Part shown: positions 11,901 to 22,501 of the stretch, one piece after another
Position numbering within the stretch: the first letter of the stretch is position 1
How the letters are laid out: each line of letters begins with the position of its first letter
Assembly: GCA_964187785.1 (NCBI GenBank)
Contig: OZ076409.1
Span: 6,016,001-6,080,000 of the forward strand
DNA length: 64,000 nt
Direction of reading: 5' to 3'
Source: Amphiscolops sp. MND2022
Lineage: Eukaryota
The notes under the pieces: generated by a model
Seen by the model: only the letters and a program-made list of their open reading frames with translations
Databases searched by the model: none
What the model was told of the DNA's origin: nothing
Made by a program: the position numbers and the translations under genes

Positions 11901-13877
11901 GCATTGATCTGCTTTAATTGCCTTGTCCAGGTAGTCTCTCATGAAGCTTGAGAATGCAGAAAGTGATCTGCTGAGACCCTGGGCTAGTCGTCTATAGGCG
12001 AATGTTCGGCTTGCAAAGTTAAATGCAAGCATCTGGATGGATTGGTAGTCTGCCATCTGTAGGCAGTGGTAAGCCTGGGAGCAATCCAATTTGCAGAAGA
12101 GTTTTTTCCCTGCCATGTGTTGGGCTGCATCCGATAAGGTGCTTACCGGGTGGTTGTTATTGACATAATCTTCAGTAATCAAGTTGTTAATTTTTCGTAG
12201 ATCAACAAGAAGTCTGAGGCGCCCGTTGGGTTTGCGCTGTGCAAAGATTGGGCTTGCATATTTAGAGAAGGGTAAGGTTGTAATGATACCATATTTGTGT
12301 AGTAGTGCGAGTTCTACAGTGATATCATCTTTGAGGTTTATTGGGGTCGGCAGACTTTGGCTGTAAGCAGGTCTGTCGTCATTGGGTGTGAGTTTAACTT
12401 TGAATTCCCGATTTATCCCAATGTCAAAACGATGTCTTGCAAAAATATCGTGGAACTCAATGAGAATTTCCTCAATTTCCTTTCGTTCATCTGGGGTGAG
12501 TGTTGTATCAGACCAATCAAAGTGTGAGAGAAATTCTGTTCTGGAAGTTTCACTATCGTGTGGGTTTAGTTTCTCAAGTTCTTTAAGTTCAAGGAGTTCG
12601 TTATATATACGTTGCTGGATTGGGGTATATGTTGTTGGATCTCCTGGTTCTTCTGGGGTTGGGAACCAGTATGTTTCCTGTTCTGGATTTGTTTGTGGAA
12701 CTTTTAGGAGTTCATTTATGTAGACTTCCGTTGTCTCTTCATGTTGTATCATGAAGGATAGTAACGTTGGGTCCACTGGCTGAATATGTTTAATTTGTTC
12801 TGGGGTAAGTATCTTGAAGTCCGCTAGATGGGTGTCAAGAGTAATGGTGTAAGGTAGTTCCGAGAAGTTGATGATTTGGTATCCTATGGCGTTGTTGTTA
12901 ACTGTACTTAACGATGCCGTTATAAAGATACTGTCGTGATTTTCAAATTGTTGCGATGGGGTGACTATTCCAGTAGCATTATGGTCCATCAAATGTGGCA
13001 TTTTGCTTGCAATGGCGAGTGTTTCGCCCGGTCGTAAAGTGTATGTATTCTCTGCAAATAGTGGTGTTGTTGGTCGAATTGATGTTTGGGTGTCTGGTTT
13101 AAGCTGCATTGAAAGATATGGAAAAGTTAAGATGCCTTGCGTGACATCGAAAATTGCATTATTTCGTCGTAGGAAGCATAACCCTATTAGTGGGTTTGGT
13201 AGGTTTTTCATTATAATGAAATTTTCTTTTAACATGAAGTCAGCCACCTCGAATTCGAGGAGTACAGTGCCGATTGGGACTTCTAATTGTCCATTCGCCA
13301 CCATGATTTGGAAGTTTGGTGGGGGACCGGTTTCTTTGATTGCTTCATTTGCAAGCAACTTAATTTTGTTGAGGTCTTGTTCGGAGATTGCACTCGTGAG
13401 GGCACCAGTGTCGATAAGACCGTCGAGTGTTAGCTTTTCGAAGTCCATCGGTATGTAATACATGTGGCGTTTTCGCTTCAGTGTTAATGATGTTGAGATT
13501 GGAAGGTATGATACATTTCTTTCGTGGTCGAATTGTATATGTTCAGAGAGGTCCTCGTTCAGAAGAGGTGGTTTTTGGTCATTGCAAGAAGTTTTAATTG
13601 AAACATAATTTTTTGGTGAGTGTGGGGGTTCTGGGGTTAAGTCGGTTTTATGGCTAGTTGGCTGTTTTGTAAAGTAGTTGTCTGGTGCATCAGACAGAAG
13701 GTCATATATGTCTTCAGAGAGAGTTTCTTGTGTTGAATGTTGAAGATTTTGTGCTGGTAAGCCAGTTGTGGGTGTTATGGTTTTTGTTGGTTTTGGGCTC
13801 GGCGTATGCTGCCAGTCATCTGCAGAGTTTATTTTTTGTGGTGATTTTATGTAAAGGCGTGGCGATTCTAGTTTAAA
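8976..13877 (-). CDS. pol: Pol polyprotein (aspartic protease, RT, RNase H, integrase), intact, probably expressed by -1 frameshift
   Basis: LIDTGA protease; QYVDD RT; MSDAS RNase H; HHCC and DDE integrase; GPY motif; TTTAAAC slippery site at the gag stop. Confidence 0.96.
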   Translation of the reverse strand, partial: FKLESPRLYIKSPQKINSADDWQHTPSPKPTKTITPTTGLPAQNLQHSTQETLSEDIYDLLSDAPDNYFTKQPTSHKTDLTPEPPHSPKNYVSIKTSCNDQKPPLLNEDLSEHIQFDHERNVSYLPISTSLTLKRKRHMYYIPMDFEKLTLDGLIDTGALTSAISEQDLNKIKLLANEAIKETGPPPNFQIMVANGQLEVPIGTVLLEFEVADFMLKENFIIMKNLPNPLIGLCFLRRNNAIFDVTQGILTFPYLSMQLKPDTQTSIRPTTPLFAENTYTLRPGETLAIASKMPHLMDHNATGIVTPSQQFENHDSIFITASLSTVNNNAIGYQIINFSELPYTITLDTHLADFKILTPEQIKHIQPVDPTLLSFMIQHEETTEVYINELLKVPQTNPEQETYWFPTPEEPGDPTTYTPIQQRIYNELLELKELEKLNPHDSETSRTEFLSHFDWSDTTLTPDERKEIEEILIEFHDIFARHRFDIGINREFKVKLTPNDDRPAYSQSLPTPINLKDDITVELALLHKYGIITTLPFSKYASPIFAQRKPNGRLRLLVDLRKINNLITEDYVNNNHPVSTLSDAAQHMAGKKLFCKLDCSQAYHCLQMADYQSIQMLAFNFASRTFAYRRLAQGLSRSLSAFSSFMRDYLDKAIKADQCAQYVDDIGIAANDTKQLCTNIRTVFQCIRNAGLKLSMSKCHFGVKQVDFLGRTITPDGVAPQADKVKDFLAKLRFPKSKKALQRYIGFLNYYRNYIPRLSERLTPFFKLLKETSKFYVPTNLVEEFTNLNKLLENSCQLALKQPLKHKQLIVMSDASFTAAGYAIMIEDDPNQKLQSKRKTYAPIAFGSKTFNPTQTKMSIYAKEFLSIYFVFVEFGHLMWGTTFPVIVFTDNRSVTRFFQTKMIPPALWNACDYVLQYNFVIAHVAGSMNTAADFLSRTEVNPTEKLEMTIRNDIHTKAIEVNIQSSGIVEEEQIYILPDDDIDENQLWEEKQNVRNQAQTESHNEPENAVSELQQFHKPTSGLISISSGYFRDNAKIRLEQNNDIVLRNLRAKIEGDSFDENELASDYRYHHYLQNITRIEIKQEVLTRKYYTDTGTISHYQILLPIQLLDEFLQALHGHNSNHPGITKMIQEARQKYYYPCMAKYIKKWVSNCQICIQTKRINNDLLRTELLNCPEWDLGPEDILQMDILPNLPPSGGYDHIITAIDVFSRYLFAYPVTRINATAVARVIMDILCKHTYLPTTIITDLGTQFNAQVTHEIAAVLGIELKHATMKHAQTIGLLERTHASVKTHLKAATGEFRNNWHKYLPLAILNHNTTYHASLGCEPSRVFHGRIPHNILDYKLGYNPNPRYQPQTDIAEEIHKRMKILLDQTKKNIMQSYLKYKAYYDRKAKAAPLETTDYCYILNPKADTQATKIPFREFRWCGPYKVEKVLPNNNYIVRRLGTNKTQLLHRIRLRKFTPQAPLADIFVRETDWQKDDQMPIANDDLYAQSWNTNFGSNPFDEGISECSQNTEDTEYTPIQIPDDYHPPSPGTSKNSGGSPVEQTTEPNENHENEKSQQNGQDDRNTPKTQKDIGNSSENDIQITPENSQKTPENSQNPPLQEEPINTRGEKYNLRPNPNPNYSDTYRY

Positions 13878-15559
13878 TCCTTCGAAGAGGATTGTTGTGG
13901 ACGTTCTGTTTTTGGTTTTATTGGTTTTCGCGCTTGTTTGTATGCTTCGATGATCTTTTGTTGGGCTTCCGTAAGATTCCACTTCGGTGGTCGATTTTCC
14001 ATGTTGGCTCCGAAGTAGCAATTTTCTTCTTCATGACCTGGTGTATTGCAATTCTCACATTTTGCTGCATCCAGGTCTTCTTCGAGTTTTCTTCGTTTTG
14101 CCAGTTTGGGACAATCGGCCATCATGTGGCCTGCCTCTTTGCAATAACGGCATTGGTTGTTTTTGAGCGTTTTGTCAGGCACTGTTTTTGGCGTTTGTTT
14201 TTTGGTTTTTTCGTTCGGTTTTTTGTTAGATTTTTCAGTACTTTGTTCTTTTTTAGTAACGGTCATCTGAGTTTTGACGAGGGGTTCATCAGCCTCTAAA
14301 CCGTTGAGTTCCATCTCTCTTTCAAGATGTTTGACTATTTGGTCGTAATTGCCATTTTCAAGGTATGCTTGATTTATGGACTTTTTGAGATGGGGAGGCA
14401 TTTTAGCATAGAGTAAGTTCTCTATCATTTGATGAGCGTTGTCCCCAAATGCTTTTTCGGCACTTTCTTGGAGTTCTTCCAGGAAATCCGGAAGTTTTTG
14501 ATTCTCTGGGTCAAATGAGAGTCTGTTAAACCGGTGCTTGGCCGATGCACTAGACTCCGGTTTGACATACTTTCTACGAAAAACCTTTAGGATGTCTTCT
14601 AAGGTCGTAGTTGGAGTTCTTTGTATGTTTTTGAATGTTTTGAGAGCCAAACCCCTCAGGTGTGCGTGAAAATGGTTAATTTTCATTTCTTCTGTTAGGT
14701 TTGGCTGCATTCGCAGTGTTGTATGAAATAAGTCTTCGAAATATTCGAATTTTTCATTTTTCTCGTTTTTGCCATTGAATGTGAGTGTGTTTTTGGGATG
14801 AAATAAGGATTGTGGAGAGTTTTTGTTTGCCAGTTTTTCTATTGCTAATGCAATCTGGTTAACTGGGTCGACTTGTTTTGTTGTCGAATTTGACAAATTT
14901 TGGTCTGCGCGGGATCCTATTGTATCGTTGAAGTTTTGTGAGCTTTGTCTATAGAGTTGTCGGTTGGCTCCTGTCACCATGTGATAATCCTCTCTTAAGG
15001 GTTCAGCGTCAGATTCTTCGTCAGAATGAATAGTCACATCTACATCAGATTCAGCTCGAAACAATGGTTTCGCAGGATGCTTAAGGTCTTTCATCTTAGA
15101 CGCTCTTAGAGGATAATCGTTGTTTTCAGAATCTGAGTTTTCATTATTAGATGCGTGAACTCTTATAGACGGGTCTATTCTGGATCCCGATGGTTGTGGT
15201 TCTTGTATTTCATTTATATCAGATCTTGGGTTTGTTGCAATTGAAGTATTTTTGTTGCATTTTATCTCTTTCAGAATTGCTTCTAGTTTACTATCCATTT
15301 CTTCTCTTATTCTCTCTATCCTTTCGGTATTTTTCTGCTCAACAATTTGTGTCCAAACTTGTATTTCATCACTAATTTGACTGGGTTCTCTTAGCTGGTT
15401 TTCCAAGTTTGGTTCACCTAAATTTTCTTGAACATTTAAGTTAGAATTAGTTAAAGTTATATTACCTGTTTCTGAAGAATCGATCCTAGTTTCGCTTGTT
15501 TCTCTCTCAGTAGATGGGGTTGCTAGTCTCCTCGATCTTCGACTTCTTTTATTTCCCAT
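13868..15559 (-). CDS. gag: Gag (563 aa) with two CCHC zinc knuckles; starts inside the 5' LTR
   Basis: CRYCKEAGHMMADC and CENCNTPGHEEENC; capsid-like core homologous to element 2 gag. Confidence 0.93.
   Translation of the reverse strand: MGNKRSRRSRRLATPSTERETSETRIDSSETGNITLTNSNLNVQENLGEPNLENQLREPSQISDEIQVWTQIVEQKNTERIERIREEMDSKLEAILKEIKCNKNTSIATNPRSDINEIQEPQPSGSRIDPSIRVHASNNENSDSENNDYPLRASKMKDLKHPAKPLFRAESDVDVTIHSDEESDAEPLREDYHMVTGANRQLYRQSSQNFNDTIGSRADQNLSNSTTKQVDPVNQIALAIEKLANKNSPQSLFHPKNTLTFNGKNEKNEKFEYFEDLFHTTLRMQPNLTEEMKINHFHAHLRGLALKTFKNIQRTPTTTLEDILKVFRRKYVKPESSASAKHRFNRLSFDPENQKLPDFLEELQESAEKAFGDNAHQMIENLLYAKMPPHLKKSINQAYLENGNYDQIVKHLEREMELNGLEADEPLVKTQMTVTKKEQSTEKSNKKPNEKTKKQTPKTVPDKTLKNNQCRYCKEAGHMMADCPKLAKRRKLEEDLDAAKCENCNTPGHEEENCYFGANMENRPPKWNLTEAQQKIIEAYKQARKPIKPKTERPQQSSSKDLN
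14968..14979 (-). promoter_or_regulatory. Primer-binding site TGGTGACAGGAG (tRNA-Leu-like, identity tentative)
   Basis: Begins with TGG immediately after the LTR's terminal CA; the same 12-mer follows the LTR of element 2. Confidence 0.88.
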
Positions 15560-16659
15560 TTTGCTCAGTAGAAAACAAGTTATGTTTGCTGGGGAAGAAT
15601 TTGAATTATGTTCTCAAATTGAAAATCCAAACTTGAAAGAGAACAATGAAGGCAGTGGAAATGTGGGTTAGAGCTTATAGGAATTGGATCAACTGCACTC
15701 GGTGAAAGTTATTTCAATTGTGTTTTTCTTACAAAATCCTTATTTTCAAAAATATAAAACAATGACAATCATTTTTGCGAGCATCATAGAATCCTGGAAA
15801 ATCTAAAAATAGGATAACGTCAGATTGCGTAATTCTATTTATATCATCTCCATAATGACGTAAATGCTTCTAATCATCCTTAAACCCTAGGAAAATGCTG
15901 CAAAATGATATATTAAACATCGCAAATACTATCTGATACAATATAATTGCATGACATTCAAAAACTGCACATTTAGCTGAAAACCGCCTAACTCCGCATA
16001 TACGTCAGCCTCGAAACCGTAGGGTGACGTATAACACACGTGAACATTTGCCTCACGTTTGCTTAGTATTGTATATACAGCACAACACGATCCGCATAAT
16101 ATTTGCTAGAAACCGTATATTAACGTATAATCGTCACTGCAAGAAACGCATAGTGACGTATACTGCGAATGGCGAAATGGTATATTACCGCATACACTAA
16201 TGATTCAAAACGTATGTTATCGCATATTCAAAAGCGTATAATGACGCATACTTGAAAATCATTTCACGCATAATGAAGTATATTCGTAAAGCTATTTCAT
16301 GTATGATGACGCATCCTTATTAGTTGAAAAATGTCTAATGACGCATAATCGCACTTCTAATTGTAGCATGATTACGCATAATGAAAGATCAAAAATCACA
16401 GATTTACCTTACTTATGTAGCTTTTAAGCACATGTTACTCTTATGAATGAATTTTAGATGAACTAGACGTCAATGAAAGGCTCAGAAAATATCTTAGAAT
16501 GAAATTCATCAATGGAAATACACAAATAATTCCAAGACATTGTAGAATAACATCAAAAAGGAGTTTCGAGAGAGTTTAAAATGTTTTATTGTTAAGTCTT
16601 TCCAGATGTTCCTTTTCATTGCTGCACCACGGAACCATCGCATCTCGAGGGATGCGACA
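14980..16659 (-). repeat. 5' LTR of element 1 (1680 bp)
   Basis: Direct repeat of 59-1738, followed by the PBS on the - strand. Confidence 0.96.
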
Positions 16660-16813
16660 GTTACCCTTGAAGATTTCGTTTCCCAAAGTTGAACCACGTT
16701 TGTGTTTCTTGGTAGCAAGCAAAAATTTTTGAACTTTCGGAAAGTTTTGTGTCAGCGGACTGAAAAAATCAACAGCAAAGTTGCTTTTAAGGAACCACTT
16801 ACGTAGGAGACCT

Positions 16814-17265
16814 TTTTAGTCGGCGCTCCATGAAGTGAAATGCGACTATAATAGTTACTCTTTTCAAAAGCTTTTTCATTCAATCCACAGAACTGACCAA
16901 ATCAGTTTTACGAAAAATCCTTCAGAAAATTAAGGAGGCAAATTGTACCATTTGGAACAGGGAACTGAACTATTGTGTAGTTATTGTTTTTTTAGCGTAA
17001 CATACAAAGCCGGAGAAGATGTTTTTGGCATTGTAAGATTTTTTCGATAATTTTTGAATGTCTCCAGAGGGTCCCTTTTCATTTTCTGATATTTTGCAAC
17101 AGCATGGACATTGAAAACCCCAAATGGTCTCCCTTTTAGCGCGCCAATCCGGTCCCTCTTTTGGTTTTTCTGGTACTGTGGATGATAATACTTGACACTT
17201 TGGAGTCCTCTTGCTGTTTTTGACTCTTAGGCGAGGCGGCCGATTTATGCGATTCCAAGTTTGTT
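16814..17265 (+). mobile_element. Degenerate Helentron/HINE-like non-autonomous element
   Basis: Starts TTTTAGTCGGCGC; body similar to the other copies; 3' end decayed. Confidence 0.55.
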
Positions 17266-17299
17266 AAATCATACAAAAAAACACTGTATTTCCTTCATT

Positions 17300-19270
17300 A
17301 TTAAATGATTTTAAAAAAGTAATTTATTTTCAGAAGGCAGTGTATTTACAGTCTTGTAACATTTTTTAAAGTAGGAGAGAGGTATCATTCTGTTTTGCAA
17401 ATACAATACAGCTAATCTATCGAAAGAGATATTCACTCCAACACTTTTTTCCATATTCGAAATTGTCTTTTTCGCTTACATATTTGCTTAAGAAGTTTTG
17501 TTTGATATTTTTTTTTGGTTGTTATGTAGGTACATTTCCCAATTTTTAGCTTGTCAGGTAACTCGTTCCATATGGGTACTGTATTACTGAATAAGCTTTT
17601 CTTAAGAGAGTCAGTTTTGCATTGGATGTTGAAGTAGACTTTCTTGGTTCGTTTGTGAGATCTTATGTCACCGGTAGAAAATTTCTTTTTCCCTGCAAAT
17701 GCCGGAAGTTTTTTGTTTTTCCATTTCCAGTAGAAGTTGGCATTTTTGCTTTGGAAAAGATATCGGACTGGGAAAATATAATGCTGATTTTTGAGATCTG
17801 AGGAATGATCATATTTTAAACGGTTAAAACATGCTTTTATTCCCCAATTTAACTGTTTTTCAACGTGGTAAAAAGGTTGTCTGAAAGTCCGCTTAGTGAG
17901 ATAGCCGAGTAGTGCAAGTGGCTCACCACTGGGGCAATTAAAAGCAATTTCCTGGTTTTTCGGGGGAAAATGTCTCGTACAGAGTACAGACTTGTTATTC
18001 CCAGTGCCATCTTGCTGAGGATATTTTTGATCTCGATTTGGTAGTTTAGGTTTTGATCTAGGTAAACACCGAGATATTTCACATTAGAAATTGCCGAAAT
18101 AACTTGGTTTTGAACTTTGAGTTTTAGTTTTTTCATCGAATAGTTTTTTGCTTCTCTACAAAACATTATAAATTCAGACTTGCCAGCATTGATGGTCAAC
18201 CGGTGACTTTCAAAAAAGAATAATAATTTCTCCACAATTTGTTCAAGTGAGGCTGTTGCTTTGTGGATATTACTAACTGACTTGAGCACCATGGTATCAT
18301 CTGCGTATTGCAAAAGTTTGCAGTAATTTTGAACCTCATGTTGCATATCATTAACGTAGATGTTAATAAGTAATGGACCGAGTACGGTTCCTTGAGGAAC
18401 ACCTTGGTATAGATTTATCCAATCTGAGTGACAGTTGGGAAGGGTTATATTTTGATATCTTTCGGGAAGAAAACTTCGTATCATCGAAATTGACATTGGG
18501 TCGAAATTATATTGCTTTAATTTGTTTAACAAGATTTCATGCGATATGGAATCGAAAGCTTTTGATAAATCCAAGAAAGCTGCGGCTACATTTTCGCCAT
18601 CGTCTAAGTTTTTTCGGATAGTTTCAGTAGCATAAAGTAATGCATCGGTTGTTGAAAAACGTGCTCGAAAACCAAACAGTGTTTCGCCTAATAACTGATT
18701 TTCCTCCAGATTTTCATTCATTTGTTTTCTTAGAACTTTTTCAAAAATTTTTGATATGGCTGGGGTTATTGAGATGGGTCGATAATTGCATGGGTCTTCT
18801 TCTTCCCTTTTTGTAAATAGGAGTTACCAAAGCGTGTTTCAAATGATTCGGAAACTTTTCTTCTATGATGAAGGCATTGATTAGGTAGCAAAAGGGCTCA
18901 GCAATGACGTTTCTACAGTCTTTCAAAACCCATGCAGGAATACTACACGGTCCTATAAGTTTATTTTTATTGAGACATAATAACTGTTTTCTACAGTCAT
19001 AAAGACTGATGGGTTGAAGCGAAAATACTTTTTGTGCATTGTTTCGGGTACTGTTGGCGGATCGTAAGGCCTAGCAGTCCCCATATAGTCCCCTAATTTT
19101 GAGAACCGAAAATTTAGTAGGTTTGCAATTTTCTTTTGATCTATTACGTGGTCGCCGAAACAGTTCTTTAGGCTTGTTATTTCTGTTTTTGTTCGCTGTG
19201 CATTCCTGGATTCATTTATAAATTTCCAGTTGTCCTTTCAGTAGTCAGGTTGTTGAAAGTTGCTATTTGA
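17300..19270 (-). pseudogene. 5'-truncated, frameshifted non-LTR retrotransposon (LINE, CR1/L2-like) RT fragment
   Basis: FLDLSKAFD, GVPQGTVLGP, QYADDT, VKYLGV motifs in ORF 17849-18721; upstream part lies in another frame; boundaries approximate. Confidence 0.88.
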
Positions 19271-20021
19271 TCTTCAAGGCGGTTTGCACTTCATAAACTA
19301 GTGTATCAAAACGCTGAAGACACACAATTTCGTTGAGGAAAAATTGCAAACTGCAAAAAGTTTTACATAAGCAAATGACCCAAAAATCTCATGATCAAAA
19401 CTTGTAAAACTTAAAACACTTTACTTCTTTTTGACTTTTGGCATTTTGCGAAACTTTCTCGGAAACCGCTGTTTGTAGCAGATAAACTTTGTCCCTTTGA
19501 TTCAGATTTCTAACATTCGACTTTAACAACTTTTCTGAAAACGTCCTTAAGAATTTCCACTATTCATTTTACACAAAAGAAGAAGTTACACCCCTGTAAT
19601 TCGTCAGGATGTACGCCACAAAATTGTTACAAAATGCGAAGTCTTCCATTTTTACTCCGTAAAACAGTTTCGACGGATTTCTGCTTTTTTGTTTCCACAA
19701 TTGTCTGCTTTGGTAAATAAAATAAACAAAACACATTTGGTAAATAAAATAAACATGAAAGCTATGACAAATAGTTTTTGAGATTTTGCGTTTTTTCATT
19801 TGAAAAAATGTACGTTCCTCAAAATGCCATATGATTCCTCAAAATGTCATCACATATGTGATAACTTCGCAAATTATCATTCAATTCCAGAACTATACCA
19901 GTCGTTGTAATTCTGATCAAAATCTGGAAGTTTGCTCCTGGGGTTTTTGTCAAATGCATGTCTTAAGAAAAAGCGCTTTTGGTTTTGGCCTCTGATATCA
20001 GCTGTCTTTAGCTTTTTAGTA

Positions 20022-21629
20022 AACTCTGCTAATCTCGTATGTGAAAAACATGTTTTTATACTATATCTTTTCCAGTTTTCAACTTTCAAATAAGTTTGTA
20101 AGGAAAAAACAAAGTTTTATTCAAGTTCTTGAGAGTGTGAAAAAATCAGGTTCAGAAAGTGTTCACACTTCCGGTTTTGTTCATTTCTGTTTCCGTTTTG
20201 AACTAAATATTGGCAATCTTGTATGTGAAAAAAATGGTCCCATTTTTGACGATTACACTTCGTTTTTCGACTTCATTTTTGAAACTAATAGCGACTGGAT
20301 TCATTCGATTAATTACTTTTTGATAATACACTTGAAAGAAGTTATTATTATTACTCAATTAATATGCCGAAAAGAGGAAAATTATTGACACCTTTTGAAA
20401 TGGGTAAAATTGCTGGTTTACAACAGTGTGGAAAAAGTGTTTCTGAGATTGCTGAAGCCCTTGGCCGAAGCTACAATTGTGTTGCAAACTATATCAAACG
20501 AGAGGGACCTTATAAACACGGTGGTGGCTATCCAGAGAAGTTAAATGAAAGAGCTGAACGGCAGATTATTAGATCACTAACAATGAGGGATCCACCCTCT
20601 CTGTCGAAACTCATTTCTGAGTTGAAACTCCAGGTCTCCAAAGAAACTGAGAAAATTTATCCAAAATGATGGCTATAAATACATAAACTGCTTGAAAGCC
20701 CCAGCTCTTACAGCGAGTCATAAAAGCAAACGCCTTGATTGGGCCAAACGTACTCTAAATGATATAACAGGAGGTGAGTTAGATATCCAAAAATAACTTT
20801 CTCAGCTGAAAAGCGTTTTTTATTGGATGGACCGGATTGGACGAGGTATTATTGGGCCAAAGATACAACAGAGCGGAAAATTTATGGAAAGAAAGTTTTT
20901 ACAAAAGGTGTCATGATTTGGGCTGGAATTGGATGTAATGACTCTTAGTCTTTATTCATCTGTGAGCAGTCAGTGGACTCTGAATACAACCAGAAAATAT
21001 TATCAGACTGCTACTTCCCTTACCACCAGTCTGATTACATTTTGATGCAAGATAACGCAACTCCACATGTCTCAGCATCAACGAAACTTTTTTTGGAACG
21101 ACATGGTATCAGAATTTTGGAGTGGCCTGCTTGCTCACCTGACTGCAATCCAATTGAAAACCTATAGGGTATTATAGTTCGACGAGTTTATGAAGGTGGG
21201 AAGTGTTACCAGACAGTTGAAGAACTTGAAAAAGCTATTCTCGCGGTTTGGGACAACACCAGAATTGAAGAATTTCAGAATTTTGTTTTATCTTTCCCAA
21301 AGCGCCTGGTTGAAGTTATTGTCTCACAAGGAGCTGCTTTGACATCGTATTAGGTTAGCCATTTGATGAATTTCCTTTTTTGATAGTAAATATTGCAAAT
21401 TTGATATTTTCTCTATTTTTTTCACATACAAGATTGCCAATGTTTATTTCAGACCGGAAGTTCGAAGGAGTGAACCTTGATGGCCGATGGTACCTGAAAT
21501 ATGATTTAATAAGAAACTACAGTTGATGATCTGTTCTTTATTTTCTTCCTCCTAATTTTTTCTTCAAAATGCGTATTTGAAAAGATAATACTCGGAAACT
21601 TGTTTTTCACATACGAGATTGCAGGAGTT
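20022..21629 (+). mobile_element. Tc1-like DNA transposon, defective, with inner and outer repeats in each end
   Basis: Inverted ends aatctcgtatgtgaaaaaca / tgtttttcacatacgagatt flanked by TA; inner copies at ~20211 and ~21417. Confidence 0.88.
20364..21353 (+). pseudogene. Tc1 DD34E transposase pseudogene
   Basis: HTH N-terminus MPKRGKLLT; MQDNA...34 aa...WPACSPDCNPIENL; frameshifts, stop at 21165, first catalytic D reads as A (FSAEKRF). Confidence 0.9.
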
Positions 21630-21986
21630 TACCACGGTGTATTAGCAGTCATCTTTTGATCTAAAATGGACTGCCTATTTGAAGTTTCGTTTCTGGTATT
21701 GAACCTAAATTCGCTCAATCTCGTCCCAAACAGTCTTGATTTCATTCTGTCTACTGTGAATGTAGATATATTTAGGACGGTATGCGGGAAACTAGTCGAA
21801 TGCAACTCGTCAAAATTAAAGGGCGGAAAACTGGTCAAAAATTAACTCGTCGAATAATAGAGTGCAAACTCGTCGAATATTTACAGAAAACCCACAGGGG
21901 GACAGCCCAATGCTAATTACAGATTAATTTTCCTTAATTGCTGCGTGAAAATTGCAGTTTTACGCATAATTTAACTTTGTATATTT

Positions 21987-22501
21987 TTTAGTCGGCGTTA
22001 TTGAAAAAAATCCCGACTCTTACAGTGGCTAGTTTTTTTTCGTCAGTTCAACGCGAAACGACCACTTTTTGTGCATTAATGCACATTTACCAACTTTTAC
22101 CATATGTACTTAGTACTTCATTTTCAACGCATCCAACGCCTTTCCAAAGCAGAAGGGTCCACTTTTTTCGACACTATCAGACTTTCCTCCTTTTTTCGGC
22201 GGCACTGTGAGACTGATTTTTTTTCCGAATTTTTTTTATTGTTCCTCCCATCAATTTTTGATATTTTGCAACAGAATGGATGTTCAAAAAATCCCAAAGC
22301 GTCCCCCCTTTTACATTTTTCGGCACTATGCGACTTACCGGAAACTTCCAAAAAATTTCGAAAAAAAATTCGGAATTTTTTTCCTCAATATTTAGTTTTT
22401 TGAGAGCTTTTGTTGTCTCCAGTTGTAGAAAAAGTGGTTTTCGTTTTCGAGTCTTTTTGAGCCTTAGATATGGCGCCTACTTGGGCCGTTCCCGGCTTGT
22501 T
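21987..22501 (+). mobile_element. Helentron/HINE-like non-autonomous element
   Basis: 5' TTTAGTCGGCG; 3' GGCGCCTACT then GCCG-TTCC-CGGC hairpin and TTGTT. Confidence 0.7.

Larger units (their letters stand above)
59..16659 (-). mobile_element. Full-length Ty3/Gypsy LTR retrotransposon (element 1) with two accessory genes
   Basis: Direct repeats 59-1738 and 14980-16659 with TG...CA ends; 5-bp TSD GTTAC at 54-58 and 16660-16664; PBS next to the 5' LTR; gag then pol in PR-RT-RH-IN order. Confidence 0.97.

Noticed and set aside
9047..14299. Many short ORFs overlapping gag/pol on either strand
   Set aside because: Shadow frames of long coding regions with no independent support
59..16659. Long direct repeats as a segmental duplication or assembly artefact
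   Set aside because: TG...CA ends, adjacent PBS, GTTAC TSD and a few substitutions identify them as LTRs
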